NCBI GenBank assembly: GCA_044869815.1
Contig: JBIOXS010000097.1
Coordinates: forward strand, 9,969-73,968
Source of the DNA: Candidatus Rokuibacteriota bacterium
Lineage (GTDB): Bacteria > Methylomirabilota > Methylomirabilia > Rokubacteriales > CSP1-6
Direction of reading: 5' to 3'
DNA length: 64,000 nucleotides
Positions 8,504-17,120 of this stretch are shown here, one piece after another. How positions within the stretch are numbered: the stretch's first letter is position 1; each line of letters opens with the position of its first letter. A program made the position numbers and the translations under genes. The notes beneath the pieces are model-generated. The model was not told where the DNA came from, ran no database searches, and saw nothing but the letters and a program-made list of their open reading frames with translations.

Positions 8504-8643
8504 CGGCCACGAACCCTCTCGGTCAGGCCACCCACGCCTCGAACCGTACGAACACCCGTCGCTACAAATGACAGCCACCAACCATCTTGGTCAGGCCACC
8601 CACGCCTCGAACCGCACGCACAGCCGTCGCTACAAATGACAGC
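8498..8643 (+). repeat. 68-bp tandem direct repeat (2 full units plus 10 nt of a third)
   Basis: Unit 1 is 8498-8565, unit 2 is 8566-8633, and a partial unit covers 8634-8643. Units 1 and 2 differ at 8 of 68 positions by manual alignment. Each unit starts AAAT(A/G)AC, supplying in turn the TAA stop of the DUF3047 gene, ATG 8568 and ATG 8636. Confidence 0.9.
8568..8639 (+). CDS. Candidate 23-codon upstream ORF encoded by repeat unit 2 (MTATNHLGQATHASNRTHSRRYK)
   Basis: ATG 8568 to TGA 8637-8639. The stop overlaps ATG 8636 of the next gene (ATGA). No obvious Shine-Dalgarno. Coding status unproven. Confidence 0.3.
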   Translation: MTATNHLGQATHASNRTHSRRYK

Positions 8644-9289
8644 GACGCGGGACTTCGTGCACACGCTCGCGGCCGACAACGCGGCCTTCTGGACCGGACG
8701 CGACGTGCGGCTGGACCCGGCCGCCGCGCCCGCCGCGCGGCTCGAGCAGATCCGCTATCGGATGCGGCAGGGCGTGTACAACGAGCTGCGCTCGGTCGAG
8801 CTGATCGCGGCGTGGATCCCCTGGGTCCCCGAACGGGAAATCCGCGAGCTGTTGCCCGGACAGCTCGACGACGAGCATTGCCACTATCAGCTCCTGCGCG
8901 GCCGGCTGCGCGAGCTCGGCGAAGACCCCGACGGCTACCGGCCGCTTCCCGAGTGGGTGGCGCTGTTCGACTGGCTCGTGGAATGCCGCACCCGTCCCAC
9001 GCTCGAGAAGCTCGCCATGTTTCAGTTCGCGGGCGAGACGCAGTCGTGCGAGGGCTTCGAGACGCTGATTGCGCTGGCCAGTGACGTGGACCCGGCCACC
9101 GCGGCGCTGTACCGGGGCCAGATCCTCCCCGACGAGCGGCGCCACGCCGCGATCGGTCGGCGTGCCCTGATGTTGCTCTGCGACACGCCGGCCGCCCAGG
9201 CCCGGGCACGTGCCGCGTGCCGCGAGATGAACGAGCGTATCTCCGCGGCGTACCAGGCGCACCGCGCCCGGGTCGAGATCCGCGGCTGA
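8636..9289 (+). CDS. Ferritin-like diiron-carboxylate protein, function unknown
   Basis: ORF 8636..9289 with high GC3 throughout. Ligand pattern E...EXXH...E...EXXH: YNELRSVE, DDEHCHY, AGETQSCEGFE, DERRHAAIG. Confidence 0.7.
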   Translation: MTATRDFVHTLAADNAAFWTGRDVRLDPAAAPAARLEQIRYRMRQGVYNELRSVELIAAWIPWVPEREIRELLPGQLDDEHCHYQLLRGRLRELGEDPDGYRPLPEWVALFDWLVECRTRPTLEKLAMFQFAGETQSCEGFETLIALASDVDPATAALYRGQILPDERRHAAIGRRALMLLCDTPAAQARARAACREMNERISAAYQAHRARVEIRG

Positions 9290-9349
9290 GCGTCCCGGAC
9301 GGAGCGAATTTCCGGCGGGAAACGAGCGCTCTCGGACGACCATTGAGTC

Positions 9350-10345
9350 ATGATCCACAACGCGCTGATCCGGAGCGTGCCCATCTTCTTCCTCGCGATG
9401 ATCCTGGCCCCTCTTTGTCGGAGCGCCGCCGCGCAGACGTACAAGACGACAGCCGCCGACGGCACGGTGATCTACAGCGACAGGCCGCTGCCCGTCGTTC
9501 CGGAGACGCCGGCGTCGACCGGCACGCCGGTGCCGAGCGTTCGACAGCCGGCGCCGGCGACCAGCGGGACGACCGCGGACGACGTGCTCGAGCTGTCCGG
9601 GGTGCGACCGCAGCTCGCGGCGGCGCCGGCGAAGATGGTCGGCGAGTTCAAGCCGCGTAACGCTCGGCTCAACGCCGAGGACACGGCCGCCCTCGCGCAC
9701 ATTCTCGCGCGGCACTTCGACGCCGATCGCCTGTACGGCCAGGTGCGGGGCGAGTTCAAACGTCGCGCAGATGCCCGCAAGCTCGTCGAAGTCGGCGAGT
9801 GGCTGCGCTCGCCACTCGGACAGAAGATCACGGCGCTCGAGGTCGCGGCGGGGCTGGAGCCCGACGCCGCCCAGCGCATGCTCGCCTTCGCGCCGGGCGG
9901 TCGCGGCGGACCGCCGGCGGCCCGCATCGCCCTCGTCGAGCGGATCGACTGGACGGCGGGCATCACCGACGGCTCGCTCGAATCGTCGCTCGCCGTCGCG
10001 CGCGCCATGGCGATGGCGATCAACCGGGCGCTGCCGCCGGACGAGCGGCAGACCTCGGCGCACATCGAGCGGCAGATCCAGCAGCTGCGCGGCCAGAGCC
10101 GCGCGAAGCTGGCGCAGACGACCGTCGCCTTCATGCTCTATCAATACCGCTCGCTCGAGGACGATGAGCTTCAGCAGTACGCGGACTTCCTCGCCGGCGA
10201 CGCCGGGCGCTGGTACACGGCGACGATATCCAAGGCGATGAACCGGACGGTCGCCGCCGCCGCCCAGCGTGCAGCGAGCGAGGTCATCCGCGCGATCCCG
10301 CCCCCGCGGTGGTCGGGTGGCGCCGCCGCCTCACCCCGTCACTGA
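9350..10345 (+). CDS. Secreted protein with N-terminal DUF4124-like domain
   Basis: ORF 9350..10345. Signal peptide ...FFLAMILAPLCRSAAA. YKTTAADGTVIYSDRP resembles the DUF4124 signature. The rest is a helical domain of unknown function. Confidence 0.6.
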   Translation: MIHNALIRSVPIFFLAMILAPLCRSAAAQTYKTTAADGTVIYSDRPLPVVPETPASTGTPVPSVRQPAPATSGTTADDVLELSGVRPQLAAAPAKMVGEFKPRNARLNAEDTAALAHILARHFDADRLYGQVRGEFKRRADARKLVEVGEWLRSPLGQKITALEVAAGLEPDAAQRMLAFAPGGRGGPPAARIALVERIDWTAGITDGSLESSLAVARAMAMAINRALPPDERQTSAHIERQIQQLRGQSRAKLAQTTVAFMLYQYRSLEDDELQQYADFLAGDAGRWYTATISKAMNRTVAAAAQRAASEVIRAIPPPRWSGGAAASPRH

Positions 10346-10386
10346 CGCAAGACGTCCAGGGTGTGGCAGGCCTCTTGCAATGAGTA

Positions 10387-10650
10387 GTGGCGGAGGGCTT
10401 GATGAACCGACTGACTGCTGAAGAGCGCCGTCGGGCGGCCGAGCTTCGGCGCACGAGCCAGCTGCGTGAGCCGAGCGTGGTCGCGGTCGGAACATTGCCG
10501 GATCGGCCCGAGAGCCGCATGCGCAGCGCTCGGATGGCGGCGCTGGTGACGATCGCCCTGGGCGGCGCCCTGGCGCTGCTCCAGATAGGCCAGCAACTCG
10601 CGATGTACGGTCCCGGCTCGCTGCTCGACTGGCTGCTTCCGCGGCTGTAA
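10387..10650 (+). CDS. Hypothetical small tail-anchored membrane protein
   Basis: ORF 10387..10650 (87 aa, non-ATG start). Reasonable GC3 and a single C-terminal hydrophobic helix (MAALVTIALGGALALLQI). No recognisable family. Confidence 0.35.
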   Translation: MAEGLMNRLTAEERRRAAELRRTSQLREPSVVAVGTLPDRPESRMRSARMAALVTIALGGALALLQIGQQLAMYGPGSLLDWLLPRL

Positions 10651-10654
10651 CGAT

Positions 10655-12271
10655 TCAGATCGCGATCGCGTAGCCGTCGCGACGCGGATCCGCGCCTGCC
10701 ATGAACGCGCCGGATTCGGGGTCACGCATGACGCCCTGCCCGCCGCCCACGATCCAGGACCAGTCGGCGATCGCGTTGACGTCGTGGCCACGCCGTGCCA
10801 GCCCGTCGCGCACGTCTGACCCGATTCGCGCCTCCGCGTCGACCAGCCGATCGCGATAGACGCGCACGCGTGCGGCCTCGATCGCCTCCTGCACGTTCAT
10901 CCCGAACTCCAGGACATTGAGTAGCATCTGCGCGGTCGTTTGCAGAATCCCGTACGAGCCGGGGGTCCCGATCGACAGGAAGAACGCCCCATCGCGGAAG
11001 ACCTGGGTGGGCGACATCATCGTCCCCGCCTTGCGCCCGGGCCGCACGACGTTGGGCGAACTGCTGTCACGATCCATCCACTTGAGGATGTTGTTGAGCA
11101 CAACGCCCGTGCCGGGAACGGCAAAGCCCGAGCCGAACGGGACGCCGAGCGTCTGCGTGACGGAGACGACCAGTCCCGAGGCGTCGGCGCACGCGAAGTG
11201 CGTCGTCTGCTCGTCGGCGAAGTTTGCGGGGTGACCCTCGGCGATCTGATGCGCGAGCTTCTCGGGATTGTGCCGCTCGCCCTCGCTCACGGCCGCCCGC
11301 TTGGGATCGATGCGCGCCCGCTGGCTCTCGGCATAGCGCTTCGACAGCAATCCGGCGATCGGCACCGCGTCGGAGTACGCATAGGCGAGCCGGTCCGCGG
11401 AGCCGAGCTTCACGGCCTCGATGAGGTGATGCAGATAGTCGACGGAGTTGTGACCCCAGCCGCGGAGATCGTGACCCTCGAGGATGTTCAATGTCTCGAG
11501 CATCTGGAAGGCCGAGAACGGCGGCGGCATCGAGTACACGCGCGCCCCGCGGTAGGCGATCGTCGCGGGCTGGCGCCACTCGGGCCTGAACTCGGCGAGG
11601 TCCTCCTCGCTCAGCCAGCCGCCGGCTTCGCGAACCGCCCGCGCGATGCTGCGGCCGATGGGACCACGGTAGAACGCCTCGGGGCCGCCCTCGGCCACCT
11701 GCCGCAACGTGCTCGCCAGCTCCTTGTAGGTGACGAGGGCGCCCGCGCGCGGCGCACCGTTGGCGCGGTAGAGACGTTCGGCCTCCCGCGAGCGCGCGAG
11801 CGTCTCACGGGCCTGCTCGAAGAACTCGACGTTCTTGAAGGTCAGCGGCACCCCGCGCTCGGCGTGGCCGATGGCGGGAGCGAGCACCCGAGCCCGATCC
11901 ATCGTCCCGAAGCGCTCGAGCGCCGCCAGCCAGCCGCCGAGGTTGCCGGGCGTCGCGCACGACTTCGGTCCGCCGATCAGCTCGTCCTCGACGCAGCGCC
12001 CGGCATCGGCAGCCTTCGGCGCGCGCCCGATGAAATCCAGCACGTGGCGCTCGTCGCCGCGCGAGATCAGCATGAGACCGATGCCGCCGGCGCCCGACAT
12101 GAACGGCTCCACGACGTTGAGCGCCGAGGCCACCGCCACCGCCGCGTCGACGGCGTTGCCGCCGGCGAGCAGCATCTCGACGCCGGCCATCGAGGCGAGC
12201 GGGTGCGCGGAGGCGACGACGCCACGGCGGCCCATGACGGTCGGACGGTACGCGAGACGGTGCGGTGGCAT
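10655..12271 (-). CDS. ggt: Gamma-glutamyltransferase
   Basis: ORF 10655..12271. Motifs: GGNAVDAAVA, catalytic DEQTTHFACADASG, MMSPT, GGGQGV. Confidence 0.92.
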   Translation of the reverse strand: MPPHRLAYRPTVMGRRGVVASAHPLASMAGVEMLLAGGNAVDAAVAVASALNVVEPFMSGAGGIGLMLISRGDERHVLDFIGRAPKAADAGRCVEDELIGGPKSCATPGNLGGWLAALERFGTMDRARVLAPAIGHAERGVPLTFKNVEFFEQARETLARSREAERLYRANGAPRAGALVTYKELASTLRQVAEGGPEAFYRGPIGRSIARAVREAGGWLSEEDLAEFRPEWRQPATIAYRGARVYSMPPPFSAFQMLETLNILEGHDLRGWGHNSVDYLHHLIEAVKLGSADRLAYAYSDAVPIAGLLSKRYAESQRARIDPKRAAVSEGERHNPEKLAHQIAEGHPANFADEQTTHFACADASGLVVSVTQTLGVPFGSGFAVPGTGVVLNNILKWMDRDSSSPNVVRPGRKAGTMMSPTQVFRDGAFFLSIGTPGSYGILQTTAQMLLNVLEFGMNVQEAIEAARVRVYRDRLVDAEARIGSDVRDGLARRGHDVNAIADWSWIVGGGQGVMRDPESGAFMAGADPRRDGYAIAI

Positions 12272-12281
12272 GAGTAACTCC

Positions 12282-13172
12282 TCAGTTCGTGCGCTCGGCG
12301 GCGACGCCGCGGAGCCGCGGGTCCAGCAGGTCCCGCAGCCCGTCGCCGAGCAGGTTCAGGCCGAAGATCGTCAGCATGATGGCGGCACCGGGAAAGAGCA
12401 CGAGCCACGGCGCCTGCTGGAGGTACAGCCGGCCCTCCGCGAGGATGTTGCCCCACGAGGGGACGTACGGCGGCACCCCGACGCCGAGGAAGGACAGCGC
12501 CGCCTCCGTCAGCACGGCGGCCGCGAAGACGAAGCTGGCCTGCACGATCACCGGCGACAGGCAGTTCGGCAGGACGTGGCGCGCGATGACGATGACGTCC
12601 GAGGCGCCGAGGGCGCGCGCGGCCTCGACGTAGGTCGTCTCGCGGATGACGAGCACGGAGCCGCGGACGATCCGCGCCACGCGCGGCGCATAGACGACGC
12701 CGATGGCCACGATGACGTTGAGCACGCTCGGTCCGAGGGAGGCCATGAGCGCGATGGCCAGGATGATAGCGGGGAACGCCATGAGCCCGTCCATCACGCG
12801 CATCACGACGTTGTCGAGACGCCGGTAGTAGCCCGCCGTCAGACCGCAGCCGAGCCCGAGCAGGAACGACAGCGCCACCACCGCCGCGCCGACGAGCAGT
12901 GAGAGCCGCGCGCCGTACACGACGCGGCTCCACACGTCGCGCCCGACGTCGTCGGTGCCGAACCAGTGACCGGACCCGGGTGCCGTGAGGCGCCGCGCGA
13001 CGTCGATGCGGAGCGGGTCGCCCGCGACCAACGGCGACAGCAGGCCGACGACGACGACCCCCGCCACGAGCGCCAGCCCCACGAGCGTGGCGCGTCGGCG
13101 GCCGAGCAGCCGGACCCACCGCGGCATGCCACGCCGCTCCGCCACCGTGCGCGGAAGGGCGACGACGCTCAC
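12282..13172 (-). CDS. Peptide/nickel ABC transporter permease (DppC/OppC-like)
   Basis: ORF 12282..13253. GTG 13172 makes a GTGA overlap with the upstream permease stop. Motifs: HWFGTDDVGRDVWSRVVYGARLSL and the EAA-loop YVEAARALGAS. Confidence 0.88.
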   Translation of the reverse strand: MSVVALPRTVAERRGMPRWVRLLGRRRATLVGLALVAGVVVVGLLSPLVAGDPLRIDVARRLTAPGSGHWFGTDDVGRDVWSRVVYGARLSLLVGAAVVALSFLLGLGCGLTAGYYRRLDNVVMRVMDGLMAFPAIILAIALMASLGPSVLNVIVAIGVVYAPRVARIVRGSVLVIRETTYVEAARALGASDVIVIARHVLPNCLSPVIVQASFVFAAAVLTEAALSFLGVGVPPYVPSWGNILAEGRLYLQQAPWLVLFPGAAIMLTIFGLNLLGDGLRDLLDPRLRGVAAERTN

Positions 13173-14113
13173 TGGTATCGCACCCGCGGGTCGAACAGGA
13201 GATAGGAGAGGTCGACGGCGAGGTTCACCAGCATGTACACGCCGGCGATGCACAGCACGACGCCCTGGATCACCGGATAGTCACGCCGCAGCACCGCCGA
13301 GATGATGAGGCGGCCGAGGCCGGGGATGTTGAACACCTGCTCGACCACCACCGAGCCGGAGATGAGGATCGCGAAGGAGATGCCGATGACGGTGACGGTG
13401 GCGATCATCGCGTTCTTCAGCGCGTGCTTGTAGACGACGGCGCTCTCGGCGAGGCCCTTGGCCCGGCCGGCCACGATGAACTGCTCGCGCAGCACGTCGA
13501 GCATCGCCGACCGCGCGATCCGCGCGATGAGCGCCGATTGGACGAGGCCGAGCGCGAACGCCGGCAGCGTCAGCGAGCGGAGCGTCCGAAGCCAGCCGTA
13601 CTCGAGCGGCGAGTACCCGGCCACCGGGAACCAGCCGAGGCCCACCGAGAAGGTCAGGACGAGCAGGAGTCCCAGCAGGAAATTCGGGATCGAGATGCCG
13701 ATCAGCGCCACGCTCATGAGCGCCTGGTCCGTGGTCGTGTTGTGATGCCGCGCCGACAGCACGCCGCTCGGGACACCGACCAGGACGGCGACCAGCATGG
13801 CGTAGAGCGTGAGCAGCAGCGTGGGCTCGACGCGGTCGACGATGGCCTCCAGCACCGGCCGGCGCAGGAAGATGGACTGGCCGAGATCTCCCTGCAGCAA
13901 CCGCCCGTACCAGCGGAAGAGCTGGACGTGATAGGGAGCGTCGAGGCCGAGCTGGCGCTGGAGGCGCGCGATGTCGTCGGCGGTGGCGTCGGGACCGGCG
14001 ATCACGGAGGCGGGATCGCCGGGCGCGAGGTGAATCAGCGTGAAGCCGACGGTGGCGACGACGAGCGCGACCGGAACGAGCGCCAGGAGCCGCCGCGCGA
14101 TGTAGGTCTTCAC
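13169..14113 (-). CDS. Peptide/nickel ABC transporter permease (DppB/OppB-like)
   Basis: Residues 103-416 of ORF 13169..14419, from GTG 14113. VKTYIARRLLALVPVALVVATVGFTLIHLAPGDP is the canonical N-terminus of this family. Confidence 0.9.
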   Translation of the reverse strand: MKTYIARRLLALVPVALVVATVGFTLIHLAPGDPASVIAGPDATADDIARLQRQLGLDAPYHVQLFRWYGRLLQGDLGQSIFLRRPVLEAIVDRVEPTLLLTLYAMLVAVLVGVPSGVLSARHHNTTTDQALMSVALIGISIPNFLLGLLLVLTFSVGLGWFPVAGYSPLEYGWLRTLRSLTLPAFALGLVQSALIARIARSAMLDVLREQFIVAGRAKGLAESAVVYKHALKNAMIATVTVIGISFAILISGSVVVEQVFNIPGLGRLIISAVLRRDYPVIQGVVLCIAGVYMLVNLAVDLSYLLFDPRVRYQ

Positions 14114-14117
14114 GCGC

Positions 14118-15671
14118 TCAGCGCGCGAGCCAGACGTTCCAGAGCGACAGCTCGTTGGTCGCCGTGTAGCCGCGCACCTCCTTGCGCGTGACGTCGAGGG
14201 TGAAGAAGTCGCCGAACTTGATGCGCCCGACATCGTCGTAGAAGTGCTGCTGCACCTTCTCCCACATCGCCTTGCGCTTGCGCGGCTCGCTCTCGCGCGC
14301 GACCGAATCGAGCCAGCGCTCCTTGTCGTCGTGGCACCACCAGCCGGGCCAGTTGCACTGCACGCCGGTGTTGTACGCCGGCTCGGGATTGAAGGTGATG
14401 CCCGTGGAAAAGACGTCATAGACGTCGGGCTTGTTCCGACGCTGCACGAGGGTTGCCCAGTCGACGACTTGCAGGTCGATCTTGAAACCGGCGTCCTCGA
14501 GCTGCTGCTTGGCCACCAGCGCGTTGCTGTACATCCAGAGATATTCCTTGGTGGTGATCCAGCGCACCGGCTGACCGGCGTAGCCCGCCTCCTTCAACAG
14601 AGCGCGCGCCTTCGCCGGATTCTTCTGGTTGTAGAGCTCGCCACCCGCCTTGCTGTACCACTGCGGCTGCTCCATGTGCATCAGCGACGGATCGACGCGA
14701 TAGAAAGCCTTGTGACCGAAGCCGGCGGCCAGGATGGGCTCCATGTCGAGGGCGGCCTGGAACGCCTGCCGGATACGCTTGTCGGTCATCAGGCCCTGCT
14801 TGTGGTTCAGCACCGCGGTGCTCCAGCCAGCCGGCTTGATGATGCCGGGCGTCAGCTGCGGCAGCGTCTTGACCCGGTCGTACTGGTCCTGCTTGATCTG
14901 CTGCCCGTAGTGATACTCACCCGTCTCGACTCCGGCGAGGCGTACGGCCACGTCGGGCACCGGGATGAAGAGGATCTCGTCGAGATAGGCGGTGCGCTTG
15001 CCGCCGGGGCCATTCGGCGCGTCGGTGCGGGCCACGTAGTCCTTGAAGCGCGCCACGCGGACGTGCCGATCGGGCTTGTGCTCGACGAAGCGATACGGTC
15101 CGGTGCCGATGTACTCCTTCACCGGCTGATCGCCGGCCGCGTCGACGATCTCCTTCGGATAGATCGCGGCGCCGTTGTTCGGCCGTGCCAGCGCGGCCAG
15201 CAGGGCGCCCGACGGCTCCTTCAGCAGCATGGCGACCGTGTACGGATCGCGCGCCTCCACACCCTCGACGTTGCGCCAGACGGCCTTGCCGGGCGTGGCC
15301 AGGCGGCCCCAGCGCTTGACGGAGGCGACGACGTCGGCCGAGGTCATTTCCTTGCCGTTGTGGAACTTCACGCCGCGCCGCAGCTTGAACAGATACGTGC
15401 GGCCGTTGTCGGCGGTCGTGTGGGACTCCACCAGCATCGGTACCGCGTTGTACTGCTTGTCGTAGGTGTACAGCGTCTCGTAGAGGTGCCAGGTGATCTG
15501 CTGCACGATGACGGCGGTCGTGGTGTGCAGGTCCAGCGTCGGCGGCTCACCGATCATGGCCGCCTTGAAGACGCCGCCCGCACGCGGCTCGTCGGCGGCG
15601 GCGGGCGAGACGATGGCGAGGACGAGGACGACGAAGACGACGACCGCGCGCATACGCGGCTCCTTTCGCAT
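14118..15671 (-). CDS. ABC transporter substrate-binding protein, family 5 (DppA/OppA/GsiB-like)
   Basis: ORF 14118..15701. Signal peptide MRKEPRMRAVVVFVVLVLAIVSPAAA; the start could be 15671 or 15653. Family 5 character: ..YTYDKQYNAVPMLVESH...FKLRRGVKFHNG. Confidence 0.88.
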   Translation of the reverse strand: MRKEPRMRAVVVFVVLVLAIVSPAAADEPRAGGVFKAAMIGEPPTLDLHTTTAVIVQQITWHLYETLYTYDKQYNAVPMLVESHTTADNGRTYLFKLRRGVKFHNGKEMTSADVVASVKRWGRLATPGKAVWRNVEGVEARDPYTVAMLLKEPSGALLAALARPNNGAAIYPKEIVDAAGDQPVKEYIGTGPYRFVEHKPDRHVRVARFKDYVARTDAPNGPGGKRTAYLDEILFIPVPDVAVRLAGVETGEYHYGQQIKQDQYDRVKTLPQLTPGIIKPAGWSTAVLNHKQGLMTDKRIRQAFQAALDMEPILAAGFGHKAFYRVDPSLMHMEQPQWYSKAGGELYNQKNPAKARALLKEAGYAGQPVRWITTKEYLWMYSNALVAKQQLEDAGFKIDLQVVDWATLVQRRNKPDVYDVFSTGITFNPEPAYNTGVQCNWPGWWCHDDKERWLDSVARESEPRKRKAMWEKVQQHFYDDVGRIKFGDFFTLDVTRKEVRGYTATNELSLWNVWLAR

Positions 15672-15739
15672 CCGGGAGCGGCCCGGGGTGGCGCGTATCA
15701 TCGCAGAAGGACCTGCGACGCGCTACTCGGCGGACGGCG

Positions 15740-16348
15740 TCAGGGCCGCTCGTTCAGCCGACGCAGCACCCAGCCGTCCGACGTACCCTCGAGCACGCTG
15801 AGCGCGCCATAATCCTGGCCGAAGGCGAGCAGCCGCTCGAGCGGTAGCCCGAGCGCGCGGCAGAGCAGCGCGCGGTTGGTGCCGCCGTGGGCGACGATGG
15901 CGACGGCGCCCTCGGGGGCTCCGGCGACGATGCGGTCGAAGGCGGGACCGACCCGCGCGATGAGATCGGGCACGCTTTCTCCGTCGGGAAACGGAAACTC
16001 TCCGATTCGCGTCATCCAATCACGGAAGGCCTCCGGCTCGCGCGCCCGGATCTCGTCGGCCGTCAGGCCCTCCCAGCGGCCCATCGCCATCTCGCGCAGC
16101 GCCGGCAGCGGCCGGGGCGTGAGCCCGTGCGGCGCGCCGATGATCTCCCCGCTGCGTCGGGCGCGCTCGAGGTCGCTCGAGTAGAGCGCATCGATGCGCA
16201 GCGCGGCCAGCCGGCGGGCCTGCGCCGCGCATTGGGCCTCCCCGTCCGGCGAGAGCGGCACATCCAGGTGACCGATGAAACGCCGCGGCTCGGCGCGCAC
16301 GACCTCGCCGTGGCGCAGCAGATAGATCAGACGCGGGCGGAGGTCCAC
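15740..16348 (-). CDS. cobC: Alpha-ribazole phosphatase (histidine phosphatase family)
   Basis: C-terminal 202 aa of ORF 15740..17086, from GTG 16348. Motifs: LIYLLRHGE, SSDLERARRSGE, VAHGGTNRAL. Overlaps the cobS 3' end by 22 nt. Confidence 0.8.
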   Translation of the reverse strand: MDLRPRLIYLLRHGEVVRAEPRRFIGHLDVPLSPDGEAQCAAQARRLAALRIDALYSSDLERARRSGEIIGAPHGLTPRPLPALREMAMGRWEGLTADEIRAREPEAFRDWMTRIGEFPFPDGESVPDLIARVGPAFDRIVAGAPEGAVAIVAHGGTNRALLCRALGLPLERLLAFGQDYGALSVLEGTSDGWVLRRLNERP

Positions 16349-17070
16349 GCCGAAACCGTGAGGAGCACCGAGACCTCGGAGATCTCCACGGCCGCGCCGA
16401 GCACGTCCCCGGTGACCCCGCCGATCCGCCCCGCGACGAAGGCGGTGACGGCCACTGCCGCCACCAGGCCCACGGCAACGGTGGCGACGCCGAAGCCGCC
16501 GAGGGCGAATGTCGCGGCCGCCACGGCGGCGGTCAGGCCGACGGCGATGGCCGACGGGCGCACCCCCGCGTGGAACGCCGCGCCGTGACCGTCGGCTCGC
16601 GCCGGCCGGAAGAGCGCGGCCAGGACCGCCGGCGTGGCGCGCGCGATCACCGGCGCCGCGAACAATGCGGAGCCGCGAATCGGCGGCAGGAGCTCGGCGA
16701 GGGCGACGATCTCGAGCAGGAGAAAGAGGATGAGTCCGATGGTACCGAAGGCTCCGATCCGGCTGTCCCGCATGATGGCCAGTCGATGGTCGGCATCCCG
16801 GCCGGTGAGGCCGTCGAGACAGTCGGCGAGGCCGTCGAGATGGACGCCACCGGTCACGAGCTTCCAGGCGGTCACCGTCAGCAGCGAACCGAGCAATGGC
16901 GAGAACAACCAGGCCGTCAGGCGGTCCACGACCACCAGCAGGAGGCCGATACCGATGCCGACGATCGGAAACCAGGCGGCCGAGCGGCCCAGCGCCTCCA
17001 GCGGGGCGTGCACCGGCCCCGGAACCGGCACGATCGTCAGGTAACGGGCGGCCACGAGCAGGCCGGACAC
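16327..17070 (-). CDS. cobS: Adenosylcobinamide-GDP ribazoletransferase (cobalamin synthase)
   Basis: ORF 16327..17070. Polytopic membrane protein with VTGGVHLDGLADCLDGL and AARYLTIVPVP. Confidence 0.9.
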   Translation of the reverse strand: MSGLLVAARYLTIVPVPGPVHAPLEALGRSAAWFPIVGIGIGLLLVVVDRLTAWLFSPLLGSLLTVTAWKLVTGGVHLDGLADCLDGLTGRDADHRLAIMRDSRIGAFGTIGLILFLLLEIVALAELLPPIRGSALFAAPVIARATPAVLAALFRPARADGHGAAFHAGVRPSAIAVGLTAAVAAATFALGGFGVATVAVGLVAAVAVTAFVAGRIGGVTGDVLGAAVEISEVSVLLTVSAWTSARV

Positions 17071-17120
17071 GGGGGGATGCTAGCACGCGGGTGCAAGAAA
17101 TTTACCGCCGCGCAAGAAGT

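Noticed and set aside
8498-8643. Possible CRISPR array or minisatellite
   Set aside because: There are only two and a fraction contiguous units with no spacers. The unit length (68 bp) and the embedded start/stop codons do not fit CRISPR repeats, and no cas genes are nearby.
8630-10144. 504-aa minus-strand ORF covering the ferritin-like and DUF4124 genes
   Set aside because: It is a shadow frame. The plus-strand genes show a signal peptide, metal-ligand motifs and better codon structure.
15701-15718. Hairpin TCGCAG-AAGGAC-CTGCGA between cobC and the peptide-binding protein gene, considered as a terminator
   Set aside because: The stem is only 6 bp with no U-tract, and it overlaps a possible alternative start of the binding-protein ORF. 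It is too weak to annotate.
15740-17086. 448-aa minus-strand ORF treated as one gene
   Set aside because: It resolves into cobC (the last 202 aa, histidine phosphatase motifs) plus an out-of-frame shadow of cobS. cobS itself is the 16327..17070 ORF.
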